A stretch of 64,000 bases of DNA. Source: Gemmatimonadota bacterium (GTDB lineage Bacteria > Gemmatimonadota > Gemmatimonadetes > Palauibacterales > Palauibacteraceae). The notes below the pieces were generated by a model. The model did not search any database and was not told the origin of the DNA. It was given only the letters and a program-made list of their open reading frames with translations. Positions 8,467-18,013 of the stretch are shown here, one piece after another. The stretch is taken from positions 2,272,001-2,336,000 of the forward strand of contig OZ220691.1 in NCBI GenBank assembly GCA_965116475.1, written 5' to 3'. Positions within the stretch are counted from its first letter, which is position 1; the number at the start of each line of letters is the position of its first letter. Position numbers and translations under genes: made by a program.

Positions 8467-10224
8467 ATGGCTGCAGAGCCCCGCGACTTCAACAGCGCGA
8501 TCCAGTACCAGCCCGACGAGACGCCCCCGTACCGGATCGCCATCGGACTCGCGCTCCAGTACGTCGTGCTCACCATCGCGGCCATCGTCATCACGGTGGC
8601 GATCGTGGTGCGGGCGGCCGGCGGCTCCGAGGACTACCTGTCGTGGGCGAGCTTCGCTGTTCTGATCGTGAGCGGCGTGACCACGGCCGTGCAGGCGGCG
8701 CGCATCGGGCGCGTGGGGGCGGGATACGTCCTTCTCATGGGGACATCGGGCGCGTTCATCGCGGCCTCCGTGACGGCGCTCGTCGAAGGCGGTCCCGCCC
8801 TCCTCGCATCGCTGGTCATCGCCTCCTCCCTCTTCCAGTTCGGGCTGTCGCGGCACCTCGCGCTCCTGCGGCGGATCATCACGCCCGTCGTGGCGGGGAC
8901 CGTGATCATGCTGATCGCCGTCACGATCATGCCCCTCCTGTTCGATCTCCTGCGCCAGGTCCCGGAGGGCTCATCTCCGCTGGCGGCGCCGGTGACGGCG
9001 GGCGCGACGGTGATCGCGACGCTGTTCATCGTGCTGAGGGCGAGCGGCGTCATGCGGCTGTGGGGTCCGGTGATCGGGATCTTCGTCGGGTGCGTGGCGG
9101 CGGTCTCGTTCGGCATCTACGACTTCGAGCGCGTGGGGGCCGCGCAGTGGGTCGGTCTCCCCGCGGCGGGCTGGCCGGGCTTCGGCTTCAGCATCGGCCC
9201 CGCCTTCTGGGCGCTGCTGCCGACGTTCGTTTTCGTGACGCTGATCGGCGCCATCGAGACGGTGGGCGACGCCGTAGCGATTCAGCGCGTGTCCTGGCGA
9301 CGCAGCCGGGCCACGGACTTCGGGGCGGTGCAGGGCGCGGTCGCCGCCGACGGGCTCGGCAACCTGCTCTCGGGACTGCTGAGCACCGTCCCCAACACCA
9401 CCTATTCGTCGAGCATCTCGCTGGCGGAGATCACCGGCGTCGCGGCGCGCCGCGTGGGCGTATGCATCGGTATCACCTTCTGCGCGCTCGCGTTCCTGCC
9501 CAAGATCGCGGCGATCGTGCTCGCCATCCCGGACCCCGTACTCGCCGCCTACGGGTTCGTGCTGATCTCGATCCTGTTCGTCATCGGGGCGCGCGTCGTC
9601 ATCCAGGACGGCATCGACTATCGCAAGGCGGCGATCGTCGGCGTGTCGTTCTGGGCCGGCGTCGCGTTCCAGGAGGGCGCGCTCTTCAACGAGTACCTGA
9701 GCCCCGGGCTGGCTCCGCTGCTCGAGAACGGGATGACGGCGGGCGGCCTGGTCGCGATCCTCCTCACGGCGCTGCTCGAGCTCACGGGCTCGCGGCCGCT
9801 GCGCGTTGAGACGACGCTCGACGTGGACGCCCTCCCCACCATCCGGAACCTCCTCGACAAGTTCTCCATCCGGCGCAAGTGGCCGATGGAGATGAGCGAC
9901 CGGCTGCTGCAGGCGGCGGAGGAGACGCTGCTGCTCCTGCTGGAGAAGGCGAAAGAGGGGGAAGACGCCGGAGACCGGCGCCTGCGCGTCGTGGCCCGCA
10001 AGTGGGAGAACGGGGCCGAACTGGAGTTCATCTCGGCCGGCGGCGCCGGGAACATCGAGGATCAGATCGCCGTTCTGGCCAGCCACGGGACGGCGGAACC
10101 GCAGGAGCACGAGATCTCGCTGCGGATTCTGCAGCACCTGGCCACGTCCGTGAAGCACCAGAAATACCACGACGCCGACATCGTGACGGTCCACATCGAA
10201 GGCCCCGCCCGCGGCGCAGGCTAG
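8467..10224 (+). CDS. NCS2 (xanthine/uracil/ascorbate) family permease with C-terminal soluble RsbW/HATPase-like domain
   Basis: GLALQY TM1, ITPVVAGTVI, IETVGD, ADGLGNLLSGLL, PNTTYS motifs; about 145-aa hydrophilic C-terminal extension. Confidence 0.82.
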   Translation: MAAEPRDFNSAIQYQPDETPPYRIAIGLALQYVVLTIAAIVITVAIVVRAAGGSEDYLSWASFAVLIVSGVTTAVQAARIGRVGAGYVLLMGTSGAFIAASVTALVEGGPALLASLVIASSLFQFGLSRHLALLRRIITPVVAGTVIMLIAVTIMPLLFDLLRQVPEGSSPLAAPVTAGATVIATLFIVLRASGVMRLWGPVIGIFVGCVAAVSFGIYDFERVGAAQWVGLPAAGWPGFGFSIGPAFWALLPTFVFVTLIGAIETVGDAVAIQRVSWRRSRATDFGAVQGAVAADGLGNLLSGLLSTVPNTTYSSSISLAEITGVAARRVGVCIGITFCALAFLPKIAAIVLAIPDPVLAAYGFVLISILFVIGARVVIQDGIDYRKAAIVGVSFWAGVAFQEGALFNEYLSPGLAPLLENGMTAGGLVAILLTALLELTGSRPLRVETTLDVDALPTIRNLLDKFSIRRKWPMEMSDRLLQAAEETLLLLLEKAKEGEDAGDRRLRVVARKWENGAELEFISAGGAGNIEDQIAVLASHGTAEPQEHEISLRILQHLATSVKHQKYHDADIVTVHIEGPARGAG

Positions 10225-10242
10225 CCGCGGCGCGCCACTGGA

Positions 10243-11565
10243 TCAGGGGACGAGACCCTCCGCGGTGGCGAGGAGCCGGTCGCGGTCGAGCACCTCGCCG
10301 CCGAGGATGACGGCGTGCACGCGGCGGGCGTTGGCGATGTCGTCGAGCGGACTGGCGTCGAACAGCACGATGTCGGCCAGCATGCCGTGCGCCAGCGTGC
10401 CCCGGTCGGTCAGGCGCAACGCCTCGGCGCCCGCCCGCGTCGCGGCGATCAACGTTTGCGCAGGCGTCATGCCGGCCTCCACGTGCGTCTCCATCTCGCG
10501 CTGGAAGGCGAGCCCGGGCGGCGCGTTTGCGACCAGGCCGTGCGACCCCATGCTGACGGGACCGCCGGCCTCCGCGTAGCGCACCGTGAACGCGGCCATG
10601 TTCCGCATCGCCGCCCACTGCACCTCGCGGCCCTCCTCGCTGAACTCCGGCTCGAAGACGGCCAGCGTGCCGTCGAGGTTGACGTTGCGCTCCAGCATGA
10701 GTTCGATGAGCGCGTCGGCGCGCGGCCCGGCGGGATCCAGCGCCGCCCACAGCGCCAGCCCGCCCTCGCCGCGGTGGATGCTCTCGCGCAGCACCGCCTG
10801 CCGGAACTCCTCCGCCTGCTTGGGCGGGACGAGGGCACGGCCCAGGGACCTCGTGTGCTCGATCCCGTCCATCCCCAGCCGGATCGCGGCCACGGGGTCG
10901 ACGATCTCGAGGTGGCCGTGGACCGGCACGTTGCGGCGGTCGGCCTCCTCGATGACGGCCGCGACCTGCGCGAGCGAGAGCCGGAAATACACCTTCAGCG
11001 AGGTCGCGCCCCGATCCATCAGTTCGTTCGCGGCCATCCGGGCGTCCATCTCGTCCAGGAGGACGCGCGAGATCGTGGGATAGGCCGTGTTGAACCCGTC
11101 GAGGATCGGCCCGGAATAGAGGAGCCGCGGCGCCGGCAGCCCCATCGCCTCCACCGTGCCGAGCCAGGCCTCGTTGTCCGCGATCCACTGCCCCATCTCC
11201 CGCTGCGTCGTGACGCCGTTGGCCAGGAAGAGGAGCGGAAGTTCCGGGTTCGCGTCGGTCCCCGTCCCGTCGATCGAGGCATGCGGGCCCGGGGAGTAGT
11301 GGAAGTGGAGGTCGATGAACCCCGGCGTGAGGAACTTGCCGGTCGCGTCGATGTGCTCGGCCCCGGGCGGGATCTCGACCTGTCCCGCGGGCCCGATGCG
11401 CTCGACCCGGTCCCCCCGGATGAGGACGGTCGCGTTCTCGTGCACGGCGCCCGTGCCGTCGAAGACCGTGCCCCCCTCGACCGCCAGCCACCGCTCCTGC
11501 GCTTGAAGTGAAGCGGCTCCCGCCAACATCCCGCAGAGAACGAACGAAGCTCTGGCAGCGCGCAC
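10243..11565 (-). CDS. Secreted amidohydrolase family protein
   Basis: PGFIDLHFH, LKVY, HGH, IEH, GMLADIVL. Likely GTG start at 11565 gives a signal peptide (start uncertain). Confidence 0.85.
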   Translation of the reverse strand: MRAARASFVLCGMLAGAASLQAQERWLAVEGGTVFDGTGAVHENATVLIRGDRVERIGPAGQVEIPPGAEHIDATGKFLTPGFIDLHFHYSPGPHASIDGTGTDANPELPLLFLANGVTTQREMGQWIADNEAWLGTVEAMGLPAPRLLYSGPILDGFNTAYPTISRVLLDEMDARMAANELMDRGATSLKVYFRLSLAQVAAVIEEADRRNVPVHGHLEIVDPVAAIRLGMDGIEHTRSLGRALVPPKQAEEFRQAVLRESIHRGEGGLALWAALDPAGPRADALIELMLERNVNLDGTLAVFEPEFSEEGREVQWAAMRNMAAFTVRYAEAGGPVSMGSHGLVANAPPGLAFQREMETHVEAGMTPAQTLIAATRAGAEALRLTDRGTLAHGMLADIVLFDASPLDDIANARRVHAVILGGEVLDRDRLLATAEGLVP

Positions 11566-11671
11566 GGTGAAGCTCCTGTGGTCGGGAAGTTCTCGAGGGG
11601 CGCGGGTCTTTCCGGCCCCCGCGGCCGCATCTACGCTGAGGAAGATTACGACTCGGCACAAGGAGAACATC

Positions 11672-13138
11672 ATGCCCAGAGGCGTGTCTCTTCGCGGCGC
11701 ATGGCTTCGCCGCGCACTTCTGCCGGCGCTCGCGGCGCCCCTGTTCGGCCTCGGCCAGGCCGCGGCGCAGGACCGCGACGCCCTCTCCGACGAGGTCCGG
11801 TCCTATTTCGGCGTCTCCGCGCCGGTCGTGGCGCTGGAGAACGTCCTCCTGTTCGACGGCACCGGCGGCCCCGCGCGCGCGGGACAGACCATCGTCATCC
11901 GCGGGAACCGCATCGAGAGCGTGGGCGCGGCGGGCGAGGTCGAGATCCCCCCGGGGGCCGAGCGGCTGGACCTCGAAGGCCACTCGGTCATGCCCGGCAT
12001 GGTCGGGCTCCACAATCACATGTTCTACTACCAGTCCACGCCGCGCGCCTCGCAGATGCAGCACTCGGGTCCGCGCCTCTACCTCGGGGCCGGCGTCACC
12101 ACCGTACGGACGACGGGGAGCGTCGCCCCCTACCAGGATCTCTCGCTCAAGGGATCCATCGACCGCGGAGAGACGCCGGGCCCCCGGCTCCTCATCACCG
12201 CCCCCTACGTCATCAGCCCCGGTCCCGACGAGCGGCTCCGGGATCTCGGGATGTACGCGATCCGCGACGAGGAGGCCGCCCGCCGCTACGTGCGCTACTG
12301 GGCCGCGGAGGGGGCGGAATGGATCAAGGCCTACACGCAGATCACGCGCGAGGCGCTCGCCACGATCATCGACGAGGCGCACCGGCAGGGGATGAAGGTC
12401 ACGGCGCATCTCTGTTCCGTGGGGTTCCGCGAGGCCACGGCGATGGGGATCGACAACCTCGAGCACGGCCTGTGGGCCAACTCCGAGTACGATACGACCC
12501 GCGAGCCGGACCGCTGCAGCCCGAACTACCAGCGGAGCATCGCCGAACTGGACATGGCCGACCCCCGGGTGGCGGAGACGATCGCGGAGATGGTCGCCGC
12601 AGGCGTCGCCATGACCTCCACACTGGCCGTCGCCGAGCAGGCCACGCCGCTCGTGCCCGACCTCACGGAGCGCGACCTGGAGGCGCTTCCCGATCACGTC
12701 GTGGAGGCGGAGATGGAGCGCCGGTCGATCTTTCGGACGACGGAGATGCCGTGGATGATCGACCTGTTCGAGAACATGCTCGAGTTCGAACTCGCCTTCG
12801 TGGAGGCGGGAGGCGTGCTGGCCGCGGGCGTGGATCCGGCCTGGGGCGCGCTACCGGGCTACGGCGACCAGCGGAACTTCGAGATCCTCGTCGAAGCGGG
12901 GTTCGAACCGGCGGCCGCGGTGCGGATCGTGAGCGCGAACGGGGCGCGGATCCTCGGCCTCGATGGCGAACTGGGGACCGTCGCACCGGGCAAGCTTGCC
13001 GACCTGATCGTGATCGAGGGCGACATCGGACTCCGCCCCTCCGACATCCGCAACGTCCGCCTCGTGTTCAAGGATGGACTCGGCTACGACCCGGACAAGC
13101 TGACCGCCGCCGTCGCCGGCCAGGTCGGCGTCCGCTGA
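11672..13138 (+). CDS. Secreted amidohydrolase family protein
   Basis: PGMVGLHNH, IKAY, TAH, LEHG, GKLADL; AGGAG RBS before ATG 11672; signal peptide. Confidence 0.88.
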   Translation: MPRGVSLRGAWLRRALLPALAAPLFGLGQAAAQDRDALSDEVRSYFGVSAPVVALENVLLFDGTGGPARAGQTIVIRGNRIESVGAAGEVEIPPGAERLDLEGHSVMPGMVGLHNHMFYYQSTPRASQMQHSGPRLYLGAGVTTVRTTGSVAPYQDLSLKGSIDRGETPGPRLLITAPYVISPGPDERLRDLGMYAIRDEEAARRYVRYWAAEGAEWIKAYTQITREALATIIDEAHRQGMKVTAHLCSVGFREATAMGIDNLEHGLWANSEYDTTREPDRCSPNYQRSIAELDMADPRVAETIAEMVAAGVAMTSTLAVAEQATPLVPDLTERDLEALPDHVVEAEMERRSIFRTTEMPWMIDLFENMLEFELAFVEAGGVLAAGVDPAWGALPGYGDQRNFEILVEAGFEPAAAVRIVSANGARILGLDGELGTVAPGKLADLIVIEGDIGLRPSDIRNVRLVFKDGLGYDPDKLTAAVAGQVGVR

Positions 13139-13151
13139 CCCCGGCTGGAGG

Positions 13152-14309
13152 TCAGCGCGATAGCGTAGCCGCCAGGGCGCCGGCCTGAGAGATGGGGAGG
13201 ACCGAGATCCGATCATCGAGCGGGTAGGCTTCCTCGCCCGGGTAGACAATCCAGAGGTGTGCAAGATCAAGGTCTTCCAACGCGGCGCGCATGGATCGTG
13301 TCGTGCCGGGTGCGTCGGCGAACTTGCACTCGAAGCCGTACCTCTTCCCCCCTCCGAAGACGAGCAGGTCCAGTTCGGCTCCTCCGTGCGTCGCCCAGAA
13401 ATAGGCGTCCCGCGTGTCGAGACCGGCGAGCAGTTGCTCCAGCGCGAATCCTTCGAAGGACGCGCCGACCTTGTGGTGGCCCGCAAGTTCCTGTTCCCCC
13501 GACAATGCAAGCAACTCGTGCAGCAAGCCGGTATCGCGGACATACACTTTCGGCGCCTTCACCTGTCTCTTCTTCAGATTCTCGAACCACGGCGGAAGTG
13601 CGCGCACCATGAAGGCTCCGGTGAGGATGTCGAGATACCTGCGCGCCGTGGCCTCGCTGGTTCCCAGGGCGCGGGCGAACTCCGCTCCGTTCCACGTCTG
13701 TCCGTGGTAGTGGGCGATCATGGTCCAGAATCGCCTGAGTCGTTCGGCCGGAATCGTGATGCCGAGCTGCGGGATGTCCCGTTCGAGGAAGGTGCGGATG
13801 AAGCTCCGCCGCCAAAGCACGGATCGGCGGTCATCCGGCGCAAGGTAGCTCCGCGGGAAGCCGCCGCGCGTCCAGAGTGTCCGCCACTCCCCGGCGTCCA
13901 CTTCACCCAGGTGGAATCCCCCCAGGTCGACGAGGCCGACGCGACCCGCGAGCGATTCGGAAACGCCTTGAACCAGCCGCGGCGAAGCGCTGCCCAGGAG
14001 GAGGAACCGTGCGGGGTTCGCGGGCCGGTCCACGAGTACGCGGATCGTCTCGAAGAGGGACGGCGAGCGCTGGATCTCATCGATGACAACGAGTCCCGCG
14101 AGGGGACCGAGCGTCTGCTCGGGGGTAGCCAGACGCCGGCGGTCGACCCCGGCCTCGAGATCGAAATAGGAACTCGCCGGGTCGTCGCCTGCGATCCGCC
14201 CGGCGAGGGTTGACTTCCCGCACTGGCGCGGACCGGTCAGCGCGACGCAGGAGTGCACCGAGAATTCTTCCCGGATGCGGTGTGCCGGTATCGGTCGCTC
14301 GATGTACAT
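13152..14309 (-). CDS. AAA+ ATPase (AAA_14 + DUF4143 domain)
   Basis: GPRQCGKST Walker A, VVIDEIQ Walker B, LLGS, ESLAGR, GGFP, PKVYVRDTGL, C-terminal ELD...ECK nuclease-like motif. Confidence 0.9.
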   Translation of the reverse strand: MYIERPIPAHRIREEFSVHSCVALTGPRQCGKSTLAGRIAGDDPASSYFDLEAGVDRRRLATPEQTLGPLAGLVVIDEIQRSPSLFETIRVLVDRPANPARFLLLGSASPRLVQGVSESLAGRVGLVDLGGFHLGEVDAGEWRTLWTRGGFPRSYLAPDDRRSVLWRRSFIRTFLERDIPQLGITIPAERLRRFWTMIAHYHGQTWNGAEFARALGTSEATARRYLDILTGAFMVRALPPWFENLKKRQVKAPKVYVRDTGLLHELLALSGEQELAGHHKVGASFEGFALEQLLAGLDTRDAYFWATHGGAELDLLVFGGGKRYGFECKFADAPGTTRSMRAALEDLDLAHLWIVYPGEEAYPLDDRISVLPISQAGALAATLSR

Positions 14310-14323
14310 TCTGAACAATAATA

Positions 14324-14358
14324 CTTGAAAATCCGTAGTTCAACTACCGATTTTCAAG
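14324..14358. promoter_or_regulatory. 35-bp inverted repeat (putative operator) upstream of the AAA_14 gene
   Basis: CTTGAAAATCCGTAGTT-C-AACTACCGATTTTCAAG: 17-bp arms, one mismatch, AT-rich. Confidence 0.7.
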
Positions 14359-14389
14359 AAACTACGGAGCGGAATCGATTCCTCGGCCG

Positions 14390-16210
14390 CTAGCGGATCT
14401 CGACATCGTCCAGTTCGAAGGCGAACGAGCCGAGCGGCGTCTGGGCCACGAAAGCGAGGCCGGCAATGATCGTCGGATCCGCCGTGGCGAAGCTCTCGAG
14501 CGGGATCTCGACCACGGCCCACTCCGGGCCGGCGACGAAGGGGACCGTGGGCGGCAGGGTGGCCGCGGCTCCCTCGCCGAACAGCATCGCGGTGTAGCTC
14601 CGTCCGTCTCCGCGGGTGCGGAAGCGCAGGACGCTGCGGCCGGAGAAATCGACCGCCTCCATGGGTTGGGTGCCGAGAAACCAGATCGCTCCCGCCCAGG
14701 GGAAGGCGAACCCCGTCCGGGTCTCTCCCCGCACGACGAGCGCGCCGTCCTCCACGGCCAGATCCGCGGTGGAGGCGCCCCCGTTCATGGCGTCCGTCGT
14801 CACCTGCCAGCCGAACCCGAAGCCGGAGTCGAGCCCGTCCTCGAAGTCGAAGACGACCGGCCCCTCGGGCGCCGGTGCGATTTCGGGCGCGAAGGCCGTC
14901 GCGTCGGTCTCGCGGACGACCGGATAGCCGTCCTTCCAGATGGTGACGATGTCGGCCGACCGCGACACGTCGCCTTCCAGGTCGCCCCGCACCAGCAGCA
15001 GATCGGCGATGTAGCCCTCCGCGATGCGTCCCCGCTCGGGGATTCCGAACGCCTCGGCGGCGGCCGAGGTTGCGGCGGCGAGCACCTCATGGCTCTCCAG
15101 GCCGGCCCGCTCGAGAAGCCGAAGCTCTCCGTGCATCGAGAGGCCGGTCGCCGTCCCGGGGTTCGGCGCGTCCGTGCCCGCGACGATCCGCACGCCCGCC
15201 GCATGGAGCCGCCGCACGTTCTCCAGCGCGGCCCCGCCGTCCGCCCCCTCGGGCATCTCGAACCGGTTGCTCAGGGTCTGCCGTTGCATCGGGGAGACCA
15301 GCGAATCGTCCGCCTCATCGAGGACGTGCAGACCCGTGGAGTCGCCGAACAGTCCCATGATGACGGAGAGCGTGGGAACGACGAAGACGCCCGCCCGGGC
15401 GAAGCCGCGAGCGTCCTCCTCGGAAATTGCGGCGTCGAACCAGGTGTGGACCAGGCCATCGGCCCCCAGCGAGACTGCCTCCAGCGCTGCTCGAAGGTCG
15501 CTGACGTGGACGACGGCCAGCAGTCCCTCCACGTGGGCCGCCGCGATCAGCGCCGCAATCGTCTCGCGCTCCAGAGAGGGGATCTCGCCGCGGTACGCGC
15601 CTCCATCCTCGGAAACGATCTTGATCCAGTCGGAGCCCTCCTCCTTCCGGGCCCTCACCCAGGCCGCGGCGCCCTCCGGTACCGTCAGCGGCTCCACCGC
15701 CAGCCCGAACTGCGTGCCGTGACCGCCGGGCGCCGTCGCCAGCATGCCCGCGGAGAAGAGATCGGCTTCGGCCGTGCGCGCGATGTCGTCCCGCGCCGTC
15801 CGCGCTCCCGCCAGGAGGCCGGGGTCCGTGAACTGGTCGAGCACCGAGGTCACGCCGAAGCGCAGCGCGTCGCCCAGCGTCCCGCCGAACGTGTGGACGT
15901 GGCCGTCGATCAGACCCGGCAGAAGCGTGTGGCCGCGGCCGTCGACCCGTGGCAGGTCGTCCGGCAGCCGGAGCCTCGCGCCGACGCGCCGCACCCTTCC
16001 GTCCTCCACCCACACATCCTGGCTCCGCCTGAAGGCCTCGCCGTCGAACAACGTCACGTCCACGACCGCGAAGCTCTCCGCCGGCGCCTCCTGTGCCGGG
16101 GCGGCCGCGTCGCCCGGCACCGGGAGCGTCGCCAGCGCGGCGACGAATCCCGCGGCGGCGGCAACGAGAAGCCACACGCTTCGCGTGGCGGAGCGGTTCT
16201 CCGCGTTCAT
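14390..16210 (-). CDS. Secreted amidohydrolase with C-terminal CIA30/carbohydrate-binding-like domain
   Basis: PGLIDGHVH, IKIV, AGTDAPN; C-terminal WQVTTDAMNGGAS...RGDGRSY CIA30-like module. Confidence 0.85.
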   Translation of the reverse strand: MNAENRSATRSVWLLVAAAAGFVAALATLPVPGDAAAPAQEAPAESFAVVDVTLFDGEAFRRSQDVWVEDGRVRRVGARLRLPDDLPRVDGRGHTLLPGLIDGHVHTFGGTLGDALRFGVTSVLDQFTDPGLLAGARTARDDIARTAEADLFSAGMLATAPGGHGTQFGLAVEPLTVPEGAAAWVRARKEEGSDWIKIVSEDGGAYRGEIPSLERETIAALIAAAHVEGLLAVVHVSDLRAALEAVSLGADGLVHTWFDAAISEEDARGFARAGVFVVPTLSVIMGLFGDSTGLHVLDEADDSLVSPMQRQTLSNRFEMPEGADGGAALENVRRLHAAGVRIVAGTDAPNPGTATGLSMHGELRLLERAGLESHEVLAAATSAAAEAFGIPERGRIAEGYIADLLLVRGDLEGDVSRSADIVTIWKDGYPVVRETDATAFAPEIAPAPEGPVVFDFEDGLDSGFGFGWQVTTDAMNGGASTADLAVEDGALVVRGETRTGFAFPWAGAIWFLGTQPMEAVDFSGRSVLRFRTRGDGRSYTAMLFGEGAAATLPPTVPFVAGPEWAVVEIPLESFATADPTIIAGLAFVAQTPLGSFAFELDDVEIR

Positions 16211-17004
16211 GACATCCCTCCCGGGCCGGTCGAGACGGCGCCGCTCTCCGCACGCCGGAACCCGACCGCCGCGACGATGAGAAAGACCAGAGACTGCGCG
16301 GCGAGCACGGCGACATGCAGGGCCGTCGCCTGCCCACCGTCCATCGCGATGACCTTAAGAGCGAGCTGCGCGTGGTGATAGGCGGGCAACGCGTTGGCGA
16401 TGTGCTGCAGGGCCTCCGGAAAGATCGTAATCGGGATCCAGAGTCCGGACAGCATGGCCATGGGCAGAAAGACGAGATTGGTGATGGCCACCGCGGCGCG
16501 ACTCTTCGACCACGCTCCAACGGCCAACCCCAGCGCGCAGAACGGAATCACCCCGGCGAGTACGACCCCGGACAGTGCGAACCACTGCCAGCGGTACAGC
16601 ACCACGCCGGCCCCGTAGGCGCCGATGAAGAAGATCCCCAGAAGGACGGCGGCCCCGAAGGCGAACGCCATCCCCACCTTGGCGAGCAGGTAGGCTGCCG
16701 CGGGCATTGGCGTCGTACGCTTGAGGAGGAGGACGCCGGAGTCGCGCTCCATGGCCAGCCCGGCACCGAAACCGAACAGCGAGGGGCCCATGACACCGAA
16801 CACGCTGTACGTCGCCAGCATGTACGTAGGCGCAGCGGCCGAAAATCCCCTCCCGCCCATGACCACGCCGAAGAACAGGTAGAAGATCAGCGGAAAGAGC
16901 AGGGTCGGGATCGCGAAGGCGGGCTCCCGAAGCACCATCAGGAACTGGTACCGCACTTCCAGCGCGTAGATGCGCCAACGTCGCGCGCGTGTCGGCGCTG
17001 TCAC
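16207..17004 (-). CDS. ABC-2 type exporter permease
   Basis: Six hydrophobic segments, ERDSG...TPM motif, LSGLWIP. GTG at 17004 overlaps the ATPase stop. Confidence 0.88.
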   Translation of the reverse strand: MTAPTRARRWRIYALEVRYQFLMVLREPAFAIPTLLFPLIFYLFFGVVMGGRGFSAAAPTYMLATYSVFGVMGPSLFGFGAGLAMERDSGVLLLKRTTPMPAAAYLLAKVGMAFAFGAAVLLGIFFIGAYGAGVVLYRWQWFALSGVVLAGVIPFCALGLAVGAWSKSRAAVAITNLVFLPMAMLSGLWIPITIFPEALQHIANALPAYHHAQLALKVIAMDGGQATALHVAVLAAQSLVFLIVAAVGFRRAESGAVSTGPGGMS

Positions 17005-17909
17005 GAGCCGGGCCCCGGGGCGTCGGGCGCTCGCGTGAGAGCGAGAAAGGCCTCTTCCAGTCCGGCGCCGACGACGGTCAGGTCGTGCAGATCCGGGTCC
17101 AGATCGAGGAGTGCGCGCACGAGATCCTCGGGCCTTGAAGTCAGGACCTCCAGGTACCGGCCTCGGACCTCGGACCTGACGACGCCCGGACGAGAGGCCA
17201 CGCGGTCGGGTTGAACCCCGGTTACGCAACGGACCAGGCGGGCGGCCGTCCGCGATTTGATGGTCGCCGGCGAGCCATCCGCGACGACCCGGCCGTTATG
17301 GAGGACGACGACTCGATCCGCGAGCGCGTCCGCCTCTTCGAGATAGTGGGTCGTCAGAACCGTGGTCCGTCCGGAGTCGCTGAGCGCGCGGATCTCCTCC
17401 CACAGCCCGCGTCGTGCTTCCACATCCAGACCCGCCGTGGGTTCATCGAGAAAAACAAGCTGTGGGTCGCCGCACAGGGCGAGAGCGAACATGACCCGCT
17501 GCTTCTGTCCCCCGGAGAGCTTGCCGAACCTCCGCCGCTCCAGTCCCTCGAGCCCCGCCATGCCGAGCAGGCGGGAAGCCGACGCCGGAGCGGGATAGTA
17601 GGCGCGGAAGAGGTCGATGTGTTCGCCCACCGTCAGCGTATTCGGCACGCCGGAGATCTGGAGCATCGCGCCTCGGCGCGCTCGAACCCCGGGAGCGCCC
17701 GGCCTCTCTCCGAAGACGGTCGCTTTCCCCACCTGCACGGGAAGGCTCCCGAGCAGCAGATTGATTGCGGTGGTCTTGCCCGCCCCGTTGGGCCCCAGCA
17801 CCGCAAGCACCTCGCCGCGCCGGACCTCGAGATCCACCTCCTCCAACGCGACGACCGATCCATATCGATGAGTCACGCCCGACAGTCGGGCGACGGCTTC
17901 TTCAGACAT
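17001..17909 (-). CDS. ABC transporter ATP-binding protein
   Basis: GPNGAGKT, LSGGQ, FLDEPT, TTHYLEEA. Confidence 0.95.
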   Translation of the reverse strand: MSEEAVARLSGVTHRYGSVVALEEVDLEVRRGEVLAVLGPNGAGKTTAINLLLGSLPVQVGKATVFGERPGAPGVRARRGAMLQISGVPNTLTVGEHIDLFRAYYPAPASASRLLGMAGLEGLERRRFGKLSGGQKQRVMFALALCGDPQLVFLDEPTAGLDVEARRGLWEEIRALSDSGRTTVLTTHYLEEADALADRVVVLHNGRVVADGSPATIKSRTAARLVRCVTGVQPDRVASRPGVVRSEVRGRYLEVLTSRPEDLVRALLDLDPDLHDLTVVGAGLEEAFLALTRAPDAPGPGS

Positions 17910-18013
17910 CCTCGTTGGACCCGGCGCAGGGGGGTTGGTGACGGCGCAAAGGGCCAGACTCTCAGCGGAGCTTACGCACCCGCCCGCCGGAGGTTTCGGA
18001 TTGCGCGGCGGAG

